DNA of 64,000 nucleotides from Azolla caroliniana (lineage: Eukaryota; Plantae; Polypodiophyta): the NCBI GenBank assembly GCA_043228905.1, contig JBHGNT010000007.1:16306001-16370000 (forward strand), in the 5' to 3' direction. This document shows positions 1-12,717 of this stretch, piece after piece. The translations under genes and the position numbers were made by a program. Every line of letters starts with the position of its first letter. Positions within the stretch are counted from its first letter, which is position 1. The notes under the pieces were generated by a model that was not told the DNA's origin, did not search any database, and saw only the letters and a list, made by a program, of their open reading frames with translations.

Positions 1-15
1 AGGACGACAACAACT

Positions 16-3000
16 TCATACTCCGGCCGGGCCAGCTTCCAACTCAAGCGAGGGTGGCGGCGGTGTAACACGATCATGAATAGTGTTTGCTTTACAAGGT
101 TCAAGAAGAGAGCTATGGAAAACCGGATGTATTTGAAGATGCGGAGGGAGATCAAGACAGAACGTGACATCATTAACCTTACTAGTAATACGGAAAGGAC
201 CGAGTCGTCGATAATCCAACTTGTCGCACGGTCGAGTAGTCTTGATGTGACGATGTAAGAGCCATAGTCGATCTCCGATCGCAAAAGAGGAGGGAAGCCG
301 ATGGCGATCCGCATAAGTCTTCGGTGTGTTGAGCATGAAGAAGATGAGTAGAGAGATCCATCTGGATCTTGCGTAGCCTCTCCAAATGATCCTCGGCACG
401 AGGATTGGTAGGTAGCTTCAGGGTGTCGATCACTGACCAACGAGGATGAGAACCGATCTAACCGTAAAATGGGGAGACCCAAGTCGAGGAGTGAACAACA
501 TTATTATATGCAAACTACGCAAAGTGGAGAAATCTCGGCCCAATAATCCTGTTGATAACTCAGAAAACACCACAGATATTGTTCCAGCGTTTGGTTTGTT
601 CGTTCCGCCTACCCATCGATCTGGGGATGGTAGCCGGAGGAGAGGTTGGAAGAGACCTTGAGCATCTTGAAGAGATGCTGCCAAAATTTGGAGACGAATT
701 GAGGTCCTCGGTCATTGATGATACTGTCTAGGAGGCCATGATGCCGAAATACCTCAGCCATGACAAGGGCGGCGGTTTCCTCGCTAGTGATGGCCTTAGT
801 ACACGGCACAAAATGTGCCATCTTAGTATATCGATTGACGAAGGTTAAGATAGGATCTAACCCCTTCCAAACCGGCAGATCTGTGATAAAATCAAGACAA
901 ATAGACTGCCATGGCTTACTTGGAATCGGTAAGGGTTCCAACAAGCCATATGGATGGTGTCGGGGCATCTTTGCTTGGCAGTAAGCATCACAAGTTCGAA
1001 CATAGTCGTTGACAAAACCTCGCATATGGGGCCACCAAAAAGATCGTTGAACGAGATCCAACATCTTAGTACTACCGAAATGTCCCGCCATATGGGTGTC
1101 GTGACAATTTTGGACGATTTGAAGGAGACAGGAGCAATCAGGGACATATACAAGATTTTTAAAGAATAACAAACCATCATGATATTCGAATTGTTGGTAG
1201 TCCATACCTGGTTGTTGAGATTGGGAACAGGATGCCCAAGAGGTATCAATGTGCGCCAGAATGTCTTGAGCAAAATTGTCTGTCTTCAAGTTCGCACGTA
1301 TGGCATCGGTAATCCGGGAATCCATTGGGGTGTGAAAAATCTGCGTTGTGTGCAATCATGTTGGTCCCAAGATTACTTGCTTTTGATTTTGAAGTCAAAA
1401 TGCGTGAGGAATTGAGCCCACTGACCTTGTCGTTGATTTAGCACCCAAGCGTTCTGGAAATAAGCAAGATTTTTGTGATCACTAAAGATGACCTGATGTG
1501 GAGAGCCCTCTAAGAAATGCCGCCATTGCACAAAGGAATCCACGATGGCTAATAACTCATTGTCATGTATTTCGTAGTTGATTTCCGCGGCATCAAATTT
1601 GCGCGAATGAAAAGCCACAGGATGTAACTCTTCTTTATCAGATGCTACCGAGGGCGAAATCCGATGCGTCAGCCTCCATGATGAATGGTTTGTTTGTATC
1701 CACATGAGCTAGAATAGGAGCTGATGTAAAGGCTTTCTTAAGATGCCGAAAAGCCATGTCCGCTTCATTGAACCAAAGAAATTCTTGTCCCTTCTTCGTA
1801 AGTTGTGTGAGAAGTAAAATAATCTTCGAGTAATCCTGTATAAACTTGCGTTAGAAGTTAGCAAAACCTATAAAACATTGTACATCTGGTACCGACCGTG
1901 GAATTTGGCACTCTAGCACAATTTGGACTTTAGCTGGATCCATGGAGATGCCCTTTGAGGAGATGATGTAGCCTAGAAATTCCACTTGCTTGCAGTCAAA
2001 GCTACATTTTTCGAGATTGGCATAAAGACCATTCTCACGGAGTCGTTTTATACTAATAGTACATGAGAATCGTGCTCTTCTTGGGTCTTCGAATAAATCA
2101 ATAGATAATCCAGATAGATGATCAAACAGATATCCAAGAGGTCTCTGAATATATCATTTGCCATGTGTTGGAAGACTGCGGGTGCATTGGTTAGACCGAA
2201 CGACGTAACAGTATATTCGAAATGCCCATACCGCGTGCGGAAGGCGGTCTTCCATTCATCTCCCGGTTGGATCTGCACGAGGTTATACGCTCCTCATAGA
2301 TCGATTTTTGTAAAAAACTTGGCACCATTAACTCGCTCTAAAAGACTTGATATAAGAGGAAGTGCATACCTATTCCAGATGGTGACTTTATTCAAGCCGC
2401 GGTAATCAACGACGAGACGAAGTGAGCCATCTTTCTTCTTGAAAAAGAAGATGGGTGCACCGGCCGGAGATTTCGAATGATGAATAAACCCGCTTGCCAA
2501 GTTCTCCTCTATGTAGGCTCGAAGGACTTCTAACTTGGTGGGTGACAAGTTGTAAATTGGTCCCCATGGTGGCTTTGCTCCTGGTTGTAAATCGATGGGA
2601 CAATCATAGGGACGATGATGAGGAAGAGTACCGGCTTTTACCTTGTCAAATACATCGGCATAAGGATGATATTTCGCTGGAAGTTGCACTAAGGATTCCT
2701 CCTTAATAGTGCTGGAAGGATGTACTGATATTGCAAATAGAAACATTGCCTCCTTGTGTCCTTTGCGTAATTGACGTAGTGAAATGGTTGAAACTCGATG
2801 AGTAGATTCTTGGGGTTGTCGATGTCGGACTTATCTTGTTCTCCAATCTACGTCTGGATTATGTAATTCAAACCAAGGTAATCCCAGGACAATGGGATGC
2901 TCTGGACTACTAATTATATTAAAATCTACTACACACACAAAACTACCGAGGAAAACTTGAATGGGTTCCGACTCTTCTACAATATTCCCGGAAGCAATGG

Positions 3001-3268
3001 GACGACCATCAATGACTACTACAGATGCAGGGCAAGGAAGTTTTCTTAAGGATATCTGAGAAGCTTGGACAAAATTTCGATCCATGAAATAGGAATTAGC
3101 TCTGGAATCTAGAAATGCTAGGATGTGTACTGGGGGAGTACTTTTAGTACTAACCATGAATTGGGCTAGGAACACATTGCTAACTTGCTTGGAGGGAATG
3201 GAACCACTAATGGGTTGTACAGATCTAGGGTTGTCCAACCAAACGGCTCCTATTTTGGCTGGACTCAA
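16..3268 (-). pseudogene. Gypsy pol (protease, RT, RNase H, integrase), fragmented
   Basis: FLDSRANS (protease), [28 protein letters not shown] (RT), HPVAFHSRK/FSDHKNL (RNase H), CHD..GHFG..CDAYC/LDFITDLP (integrase); broken by stops and frameshifts. Confidence 0.9.
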
Positions 3269-3405
3269 TCGTTTAACACTTCATCTAATTGACTAAGGAT
3301 TTCAAATTTGTTTGAGATACTTGGGCTATTAGTACTATGAATACTATCAGACACTCCTACGAGAAGAATTGACTCGGGTTTAGTACAGGCTACGATTTGA
3401 TTTAC

Positions 3406-4221
3406 CTATCTTCTTGGCCTATGGGGACAATTGATTGCGATATGCCCTGGTCCACCGCAATAAAGACATAATCGATTTGCACATCGTCGTTGCTTTTCTT
3501 CTTCCGATAACGGGCCACGTTGACGCATGGTGTCGATCTCCATCGGTGTCAGAGTATTTACTTGAGGTATGTCTTGTGCAAACGGTTTTGCCGCGACTGA
3601 GGCGTAAGTGGGCTCTGGTCTAGAGCGTGGTATATGTAATTGATGTTCCGAACGTCGTTCGAAAAGGCGGTTGTCACATCGGAGCGCTCGACTGATTGCC
3701 TCCGTAAGAGACTTTGGTTCTTCGGGGAAGGTTAGAATTAGATCTTTGACATCGTTTCGCAGGCCGTAGCGAAACTTCTCCATTAGTGCCTGGTCATCCC
3801 AGGTGATATCTGAAGCGAGTAGACGGAAATCTTCCATGTAGGCGGAGGTTGGACGATCGCCTTGACGCAATCGTCGGATTTTGTTGATCGCCGTTCGGAT
3901 GCTGTCTGTATCTCCAAAGCAAGCTTTAAACTCACTAATAATATCTTCAAAGTTATTAAGTATGGGCGATTGTTTTTCCAGAAGTGGAGCAAACCATGCC
4001 AAGGCTGAGCGGCTAAGCAACGTGCCTATTAGGCCGACTCGGGATGCATCAGTGGGGTATCGAGAAGGATGCATTTGAATGACTAAGCGTACCTGATTGA
4101 GGAATCCCCTAAATTGCGATCGTGTTCCATCAAATTTCACAGGAAGTCCAATCTTGGGCTCTTTATGAAATCTGTGGGGACTTGATCCTTGTTGTTGCAA
4201 TGCTACCTCGAGTTGTTGCAC
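3406..4221 (-). pseudogene. Gypsy gag with CCHC zinc knuckle
   Basis: 271-aa ORF with PVKFDG, ALAWF, LRQG and CLYCGGPGHIAINC. Confidence 0.9.
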
Positions 4222-4445
4222 ACGTAACGCTAACTCCCCATGTTTTTGCTGCGTTTGCTATTTTTCTAGGGCGATTTGTTGAAGATCCCCTAACAACCGT
4301 TGGTTTTCTTGTTCCAAGGCAACAAAATTTTCTTTTAGACACTGTAGCTCGGAGAAAATGGATTGGTATTCTTGGGCGCTAACAAAAGCCATTGTATAGA
4401 AAAAGGATAAGAGGATGAGGGAAACCAAAAGAAAGACCAGAGAGG

Positions 4446-4460
4446 AAATTTGGTTCAAAC
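4446..4460 (-). promoter_or_regulatory. Non-tRNA (putative self-priming) primer binding site
   Basis: GTTTGAACCAAATTT directly follows the LTR and does not start with TGG. It is complementary over 9 nt to TTGGTTCAA at 4699-4691 inside the LTR. Confidence 0.65.
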
Positions 4461-4563
4461 TGTCACAAATAGTACTAAAACAGAGAGAGAATTAGTACTA
4501 GAGAAGGGAAGTACTATTAGTACTAAGAGGACGGGACCGCGTAAGACTCTCGAGAGGGAGGAA

Positions 4564-4602
<39 letters not shown>

Positions 4603-4909
4603 TGAGGACGAGAGAGAGAGAGATGATGATAACAGATGATATATTATAGGAAGAGTAAGTACAAGATGGCTATGAGGCTTAAGACTGGCGTTGAACCAAT
4701 TTGGTTCAACATAATGCCTAGTGCCTTCTTTTATAGTGTTCTCAGGAGTAATCCTGAAGCTTCTAGAATGTTCTGGAATATAGATTAATTTCCTATAATA
4801 AAACTTAAATGAAAATAATATTCTACGTATTACAATAGGTGGTATAATGGTCAAGAGCTCGACCCATATATCATAAGGTCATGGGTTCGATTCTTGCCAT
4901 ATCATGACA
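4461..4909 (-). repeat. 5' LTR of the chromovirus (449 bp)
   Basis: TGTCA...TGACA termini, TATAAAAG at 4735-4728 on minus, position immediately upstream of gag. Confidence 0.8.
4838..4900 (+). other. Degenerate tRNA-like segment (Pol III A and B boxes) inside LTR U3
   Basis: TGGTATAATGG (4840-4850) and GGTTCGATTC (4884-4893) at tRNA spacing; stems pair poorly. Confidence 0.55.
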
Positions 4910-4943
4910 TTGACTTGCTCACCGATCCGGCTCAGGCTTATTC

Positions 4944-5157
4944 AGCCAATCCGGATCTGGTTGAGCTTGCCGCTCAACACTCCCTCTCAAGCTCAACTTG
5001 AGGTCGGAACGTAGTGTCAGTCTCCATGGCAGCTGGTCCTTCCACCCGACAGCCAATCCGAATCTGGTTGAGCTTGCCGCTCAACACTCCCTCTCAAGCT
5101 CAACTTGAGGTCGGATCGTAGTGTCAGTCTCCATGGCAGCCGGTCCTTCCACCCGGC
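4944..5157. repeat. 107-bp tandem duplication spanning the PPT/3' LTR junction
   Basis: AGCCAATCCG...TTCCACCCG(A/G)C begins at 4944 and again at 5051. Confidence 0.9.
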
Positions 5158-5409
5158 TCCGGCTGGCGTCACTCACTCCGCTTTGTTCGCGCTCCTCGTT
5201 CGGTCCGGTCCCAGTTGCCGCGACCCTTCTGATTCTGCGCATCTCGACCTCCTCGGTCTGCTTGTTAGCTCAACAGGCCCAATTCAGCTCCCTCGTTGCT
5301 GTGACTTCAACGCTTGCCGATTCGCCGATTCCTTTGTGTTGGCGTCGACTTTCGCTGCCTTCTCGTTCTCTTGGCCTTGAATTGATCCAGTTCTTCCAAA
5401 TCCGTCTGT

Positions 5410-7342
5410 TTAACCGAATTGGTTGTCTCCGATTCGTTCCAGCTCTTGTCCGAATCGGTCGCTCCCGATTCGTCTTCTGGTTCCAGGCCCTTCACCACAT
5501 CGGACCATGTCTGGGTTCTTGGCCTTCTTCTTCCGGTCGGCTCTGTCCTTCTTGACTTTGCCACTGCTGCCGCTTGTTCCGATTTGTTCGGATGTGTCAA
5601 CTTCCTTTGTTGACTCGGCTCCTTTCTTCTTCTTGTCTCTCCCTTTGTCAGTTCTTCCCTCACCGGCGCAATCGGCAATTTCTTTGCCTTTGCCCGTTTC
5701 GGTGTCCTTGCTCGTTCTCCCCCTCAAGTGTGGCACCTCAAGATGTTGAACACCAAGCATTTTGGTGAAGTGCTGCAAATTGTCCGATCCGAGCGGTTTG
5801 GTGAAGATGTCGGCAACTTGCCGATCCGTATGAACATACCGAAGTTTGACTTCACCACTCAGGACACGCTCACGCACGAAGTGGTAGTGCACTTCGATGT
5901 GCTTTGTGCGAGCATGGAATACGGAGTTCTTGGCGAGCTGCATGCTGATTATGTTGTCGCAGTAGATCAGGATCGGGGTCAGCACCTCGATCCGTAGGTC
6001 TTGCAGCAGTCGCCAAAGCCAAATGGCTTCACAGGTGGCAACGGTAGCGCCCCGGTATTCAGCCTCAGTGCTCGAAAGGGCCACTGTTGGCTGCTTTTTG
6101 CTGCTCCACACAACAACCATGCTACCAAGGGAAAACATATAGCTAGAGGTGGATTGGTGATTTGATGCATCGCCGACCTAGTCGACATCGGTGTAGCTGA
6201 CTAGCTCTTCGGGTATACCATGCCGGTATAACAGTCCCTGGTCCTTCGTGCCGCTCACATATCGTAAAATTCGATGCGCGCACAGAAGGTGCTCCACGGT
6301 CGGCTTCTGCATATATTGGCTGATCATGCCAACCGGATAACTTATGTCGGGTCAGGTGATTGTCAAATATATAAGGCTTCCGACGATTTGTCAAAACCAC
6401 TTCTCATCACAGGCCGGTCTGGAGTCGGGACGAAGCTTCTGGTTCCGGTCCAGGGGTGTGGAGATCGGTAAGCATTTCGTAATGCCGAACTTGTACAACA
6501 TATTCAACACATAGTGTCTTTGTGAGAGCAATATGCCGTTGGGGGTTCGGATCACCTCGATCCCAAGGAAATAGTGAAGGTCCCCCAGGTCCTTCATCTC
6601 AAATGCGTCCGACAGCTGGGACTTGACTCGGCTGATTTCATCGAGTTCGGATCCAGTGATGAGTAGATCATCAACATACAACAAGATGCAAACCGGACCG
6701 TCTGGACCTTGCCAGATGAACAACGAAGAGTCGAACTTGGAGGCCGAAAACCCCATCTTACGCAATTGGTGTGTGATCTTCGTATTCCAAGCTCGGGGGG
6801 CTTGCTTTAGGCCATAAAGTGACTTCTTCAGCCGGCATACCGCTGACTTGATCATCTCCGACTGGAAACCGGGGGGTTGGATCATAAAAACCTTTTCTTC
6901 AAGATCTCCTTGAAGAAATGCATTCTTCACGTCCATCTGGTGAAGATGCCACCCGCTTGCTACTACAACCGCCAGCATCACACGAACCATCTTCACCTTC
7001 GCTACCGGAGCGAAGGTCTCGTCATAGTCGATTTCGTGGGTCTGCGCGTATCCCCTCACCACTAACTGGGCCTTGTACCGGTTAACCGAACCGTCGACAT
7101 TGTACTTTACCTTGTACACCCACTTACATCCGATCGGTTTACAATGTCGGGGAGGGTCAACTAGGTCCCATGTATCGTTGGCATCAAGTGCCCACATTTC
7201 TTCCTCCATAGCGGCATGCCAATTTGTGTCCTTTGCCGCTTCAGCGTAGCTCTCCAACTCATGCACTTCCGCCACCTTGGTCATGTATGCATAGTGATGC
7301 GCCATGTACTCATTGTACTCATACCACTTCACGGGGTTCTTC
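5410..7342 (-). pseudogene. Copia RT-RNase H
   Basis: QMDVKNAFLQG, KKSLYGLKQAPR, LLYVDD, SSTEAEY, HARTKHIEVHYHF. Confidence 0.92.
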
Positions 7343-7611
7343 TGACGGGAACTCAACGCTCCTTATCCGCAACGCTCGGCAAAAACCGAGCTTAGAATCA
7401 TACACAGAAAATGGGAAATAATAAACGACACAAAGAACAGAAGAGTACACAGGAGGTTTACGTGGAAAACCCCAAACTAGGGAAAAAAACACGGCAACCC
7501 ACAGGCTGCAAACTGTCACTATGTAAGAATGTACAACAGTGAGTTCACGGAGGCAACGACCTCGTGCTCACAATCTTCGCCACAGGCGGCGGTTACAAAT
7601 GAGGCAGTGAC

Positions 7612-7649
<38 letters not shown>

Positions 7650-7889
7650 GTACACTGTTACGTGCACTAATCTCGTGCAAAACAAGAATGACAACGTATT
7701 CAAAGTTTGCCCTAAGTCATATTTATACTAATATGACTTTTCGGCTATTTACAAATGTAGCCTCGATGGACTCTCAGAAACATATTTACGAATATGTCTC
7801 TTCATCCGGTGAGCATTTCTCATTGGGTCTGCACCATCCGGCTCTCCGTAGCCGTGTACTCCTCATCCGGAGGGACCTGTCTCGCAACA
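7343..7889 (-). repeat. Copia B 3' LTR (547 bp)
   Basis: TGTTG...CCCGTCA in element orientation; homologous to solo LTR 40037-40688. Confidence 0.85.
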
Positions 7890-7899
7890 AACTCCCCCT

Positions 7900-10800
7900 T
7901 CACTCTAGCATGGCGTGTCTTACTAGTCTGATCCGCTTCCGGCATGCATCTAGCTTGTCAGGTATCAACACTTTGGTCAGCATATCTGACCCGTTCTCGG
8001 CCGTGTGGATCTTCGTCAGCGCGAACTCCTGGTCATCTACTCTTTCCCAGATCCAGTGATACCTTCGCTGGATATGCTTCGTCCGGGAATGGTAGGCCGC
8101 ATTCTTAGCAAGGTGGATGACACTTTGACTGTCGCAATAGAGCCGGTATTCATCTTGCCGGATACCGAGCTCTCCGATGAAGTCCTTCATCCATAATATT
8201 TCCTTGCCGGCTTCCACAACCGCCATGTACTCCGCCTCCATGGTTGACAACGCAACCGTCTTCTACAGCCTCGACTGCCACGAAACAGCTCCCCCTCCAT
8301 ATGTCATTACATACCCGGATGTGGACCGGCTGGTATCCACGTCAGCCGACATGTCCGAATCGGTAAAACCGTCAAGTTGAGGTTTTCCGGAGCCGAATCG
8401 GAGACACATATTTGAAGTGCCCTTCAAATACCGGAGTATCCATTTGACCGTGTTCCACTGCTCCTTGCCGGGATTGCTCATAAACCGGCTCACCACTCCG
8501 ACTGCGTATCCTAATCCGGTCGGGTACAAACCATTGCGTACATCAAGCTCCCGACGGCAGAGGCATATGGAATCTTCATCATATCCGCCTTCTCTGCTTT
8601 CGTCTTCGGGCTTTGCTTACCGGATAACTTGCAGTTTGCCGGAAGTGTCGATTCGACCGGTTTCGCATCTGACATGTTGAATCGGTGAAGCACCTTTGTC
8701 ACGTACTTCTCCTGTGACAGCCATAATTGCTTCGTTGACCAGTGTTGGATAATATGCATCCCCAGCATCTGTCTTGCCGGACCCAAGTCTTTCATTGAGA
8801 AGGTCCGGTTGAGGGCCTTCTTCAGCATCCGTATTTTGACTTGGTCCCATCCGACGATCAACATGTCATCCACGTACAGAAGGAGTATCAGAAAGTCGCC
8901 TCCTTCGAACTTCTTCACAAACACACAGTGATCGGCCTGTGTCTTGTGGTACCCTTGATCGGTCATGAAGGAGTCGAACTTCCGGTACCATTGTCGGGGG
9001 GCCTGCTTCAACTCGTAGAGGCTCTTCTTCAACCGGCAAACCAAGTGCTCCTTCCCTTTCTCCACGAATCCTTCCGGTTGCTGCATGTAGATCTCCTCTT
9101 CGAGGTCACCGTGAAGGAATGTCGTCTTCACGTCTAGCTGCTCTACCTCGAGGTCCATGCTTGCCGCTATACTCAGCACCGTTCGGATTGATGTCATCTT
9201 TACTACCGGGGCAAATATCTCGTCGAAGTCCACGCCCTTCTTCTGCTGGAACCCCTTCACCACGATCCTAGCTTTGTATCTCGGGGGGTTGCCGGCATCT
9301 CCCGGTTTCAACTTGTACACCCACTTGTTTCGGAGTGCCCGCTTTCCTTTCGGCAACTCCACCAATTCGTACATATGGTTCTCATGCAGGGAGTCCATCT
9401 CATCCTGCATGGCACTTAACCATTTGCGGCTGTGGGTATCATCCTTCGCTTCGTCGAAGCTTTCCGGCTCCCCCTCATCGATCAGCAGAACATGCTCTGC
9501 ATCTGGAAATCTCTGGGGGGCCCTTCTCTCTCTGAGAGGATATCTCCGTCTTCGGGCTTCAGTAATCGGCTCCTCCGTTTGCTCTTCATCTGAATCTGAT
9601 TCGGGGTCTTGGCCGGTTCCGGTTTCAGCTTCCTCTACTTCTTCTTCTGCCGGTTCGATGTCCTCACCGTAACCGGCTGACTCCTCGAGTGCTAACCGGT
9701 CTCTTGCCGGTTGGGTCTGTTCATTGTAGAGTCTATCCTTACCGGTCGACTCGGAGTTCATTATCTTCTTCTCCGACTCCCAGTCGGCGAGCGTCTTGTT
9801 CTCCATGAAGATAATATCTCGACTTCGGAATACCTTCTTGTCGACCGGGTCCCACACTCGGTAGCCGAACTCATCGTCACCGTAACCGAGGAATATGCAT
9901 GGCCGGGTCTTTGGATCTAACTTTCCTCTCCGGTCCTTAGCTACATGCACGTACGCGAGACACCCGAACACCTTCAGATGCCGGTAGGACACTTCCTTAC
10001 TGGTCCAAACTCTCTGTGGTGTGTCTCCGTCCAAGGGTACTGAGGGTGATCTGTTTATCATGTATGTCGCCGTCGACAATGCCTCAACCCAAAACTTCTT
10101 GGGTAGTTTTGCATGCGCTAGCATACTCCAGACCCTCTCCATTATGGTCCGGTTCATCCTCTCGGCCAACCTGTTTAGTTCCGGTGTCTTCGGCACGGTA
10201 AATTCGAGTCGGATTCCCTTCAAGCGGCAGTACTCCTCGAACTGCCCCCGGTATTCTCCTCCGTTATCTGCTCGAACCGCCTTCAGCTTCCGGCCGGTTT
10301 CTCTTTCCATTCTCGCGTGGAGCTCTTTGAAGACGGATAACACCTGATCCTTCGTCTTCAATAGTGTGGCCCACAGCTTCCGGCTGTGGTCATCTATGAA
10401 TGTCATGAAGTACTGCGCTCCGGCATGTGACTTCGTGTCTACTTGACACACATCCGTATGCACCAACTCCAGTGGTGCATTACGTCTCATCGGTGGCCTT
10501 GGTCGGAAGGAGGTACGGTTTTGCTTACCGGCCAGACAATCAGTGCACTTCTCCAAGTGCACGTTCTTCATTGGAATGAGGTTGTCGTCTGCAAGCCTCT
10601 TCATCCCCTTCTCGCTCATATGGCACAGCCTCTTGTGCCACAACTCACCGGCAGTGTCGGATGCCACGTTCACTTCTTCTGGACATTACCGGGCATTCAT
10701 AAGGTACAGTGTGTTGACCTTCCGGGCCCGAGCCACAATCAGGCTCCCTTTGCTGAACTTCATGACACCATTCCGGATGCTACCCGTGTAGCCTTCATCA

Positions 10801-11229
10801 TCTAGCCGACCGGTAGATATCAGGTTCAGTCGAACCTCCGGAACGTGTCGGACATCCTTCAGCAGCAACTTGCATCCGGTTGGTGTCGACAACCACACGT
10901 CTCCTATGCCGACAATTCGGCATGTACCTTCATTCCCCATCCGGACACAGCCGTGATCACCGGCTGAGTAGGATGAGAAGCATTTCCGGTCCAGGGTAAG
11001 GTGGAACGACGCTCCGGAGTCTACCACCCAGGTCATCTCGTCGCCGGCAAGGTTTATCTCACTCTCCTCGGTGATGAGCATCAACTCCTCTTCACTTGCC
11101 GCGATTGTCGTCGTTCCCTTCCGGTCCGGTCCCCTACGGTCTTTACCGTTCCGGTCCGGTGTCTGCTTCGAATCGGTACTGTCGGTTTCCTTGTCTTTCC
11201 GGAAATGCCGACAGTTCTTCTGGAAGTGT
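7900..11229 (-). pseudogene. Copia B pol (PR-INT-RT-RH)
   Basis: WVVDSGASFH; WHKRLCH..CTDC; LVHTDVC; DNGGEY; LLYVDD; the 720-aa ORF 8511-10673 is the largest piece. Confidence 0.93.
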
Positions 11230-12717
11230 CGAATGAATAAGGTCGAGCTTGTTACAGCTATGGTTTCGTTCGGTGGGGAATGGAAGCCGGTGTTGCTTCC
11301 TGAGTTGGTAGGCTTCACATATTTGGGCCTTCCGGCCACTGAACTTTGGCAAACCGAAAACAACTTGTTTCATTTGCAGGTCTTGAAGCGTCTGGTAATT
11401 GACGTGGCCGATCCGCTTGTGCCAGAGATCAATATCTGATTCAATCTTCTGTCCTTCGGCAAACAAAGCGGTGCCAACGTCATTGGTGTCGAGGATGAAC
11501 ATCCTCCCATCTCTGCGCCCTTGCACAATAATTTGGCCCTCTTACTCGATGAAGCATCCAAGGTGCATAAACCACACCTGCATCCCCTGGTCAATGATCT
11601 GACCGACTGACACCGGTTTCGACGACTCCTAGTTGTTCCGGTTTCTCCAAGAAAGAGAACCACTCTTTGTGGCTCGTCATGTGATTCGACGCGTACCACA
11701 CTTCCTCTAATTTGGAAGTTGTCTTCTTCATCGAGTTAGCCTCGTGTTTCATCACCAAGGTTGGCCCTTTACCGGCTTTTCCGGTTTTGGATCCTCCCGA
11801 TCCTTCTGCGTAGTGCGAGTATTGCCGGTTCTCTCTATCGTCCTTGCCGTATCCGGATCTATCCGGATCGGCGCGCTTCTTCCAGCACTCGCTTTCTCTG
11901 TGGCCCTTTTTACCACAATACCAACATTCTGTGTCGGCCTTTGTTTGCCGACCTCCGGCGCCGCCTTGACTCCCCCTGCTTGTGGAGGGTCTGGAACTGT
12001 TGTCGGTACGTTCTCTGTGCCTTCGGTCCTACTCTTGCTAGCCGCTACCATTGCGAGCCGACCCGCCTCGTCCACCACGTCCACGGGGCCGATCCGCCTC
12101 TGTGTACAACATTCGGCTATCAATGGGTGCACTTGTTGACGCACCAGCGTGATTCTCCTCTATAAGGAGCATCGACTGTAAGTCGAAAATGACGGTGTAT
12201 AATCCCTTGTTCATACCGCCGTTCGGGACACTCCGAACTTAGATGTTACGCCCCCAAGACAGATCTGCACCATCTCATCTACCTCTATAGTGACGTTGAT
12301 AGAGGCAAGTGAGTCACAGAATTCTTTGATTCGGGCCATGTAATCGGCTACCGACATGTCCTTCTGTCGGACATTGCTCAACTCCTATCGGAGTTGCAAT
12401 TTCCGAGCCATAGTGCTTGCCGCAAAAACCTTCTTCAGGTTTCCCCAAGCTTCTTTTGGCATCTTGGCATCTCGGACATGGCTCAACAGCTGGTCTCCAA
12501 CATTGGACGCAAAGTAGTACATCACTCTGCTTGCCGCTTGTTCCCACACTGGGAAGTCCTTGTGTGTCGCATTAGGTGTTGTGTCATTAGCTCCGTCAAC
12601 ATAACTCCCATAACCTTGCCCAAGCAGGTATTGGTGCATCTTGTATGACCAAGATGCGAAGTTGGAACTGTCGAGCTTCTCCACCAGGAGCAAGCTAGCC
12701 ATTCCTCTGTCCATCAC
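11230..12717 (-). pseudogene. Copia A gag-protease-GAG-pre-integrase, fragmented
   Basis: MDRGM..EKLD..WSYKMHQYLLG; DIDLWHKRIGHVNYQ; ends at NKLDLIHS. Confidence 0.88.

Larger units (their letters stand above)
1..4909 (-). mobile_element. Ty3/Gypsy chromovirus (Tcn1/Tf1-like) LTR retrotransposon, degenerate; 3' end lies outside the window
   Basis: Domain order gag-PR-RT-RH-INT on minus strand. The GPY/F region (LGPFRI, IHPVFHSSLL) is followed by EYEVVVVL at the window edge, which looks like a chromodomain start. 5' LTR 4461-4909. Confidence 0.9.
7343..11229 (-). mobile_element. Copia family B (Tnt1/Tork-like) nested in Copia A; 5' LTR and most of gag deleted
   Basis: 3' LTR 7343-7889, PPT 7890-7900, pol 7900-11229, abrupt junction with Copia A at about 11229. 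Confidence 0.88.

Noticed and set aside
4838-4900. Functional tRNA gene
   Set aside because: Acceptor, anticodon and T stems do not pair convincingly; kept only as tRNA-like.
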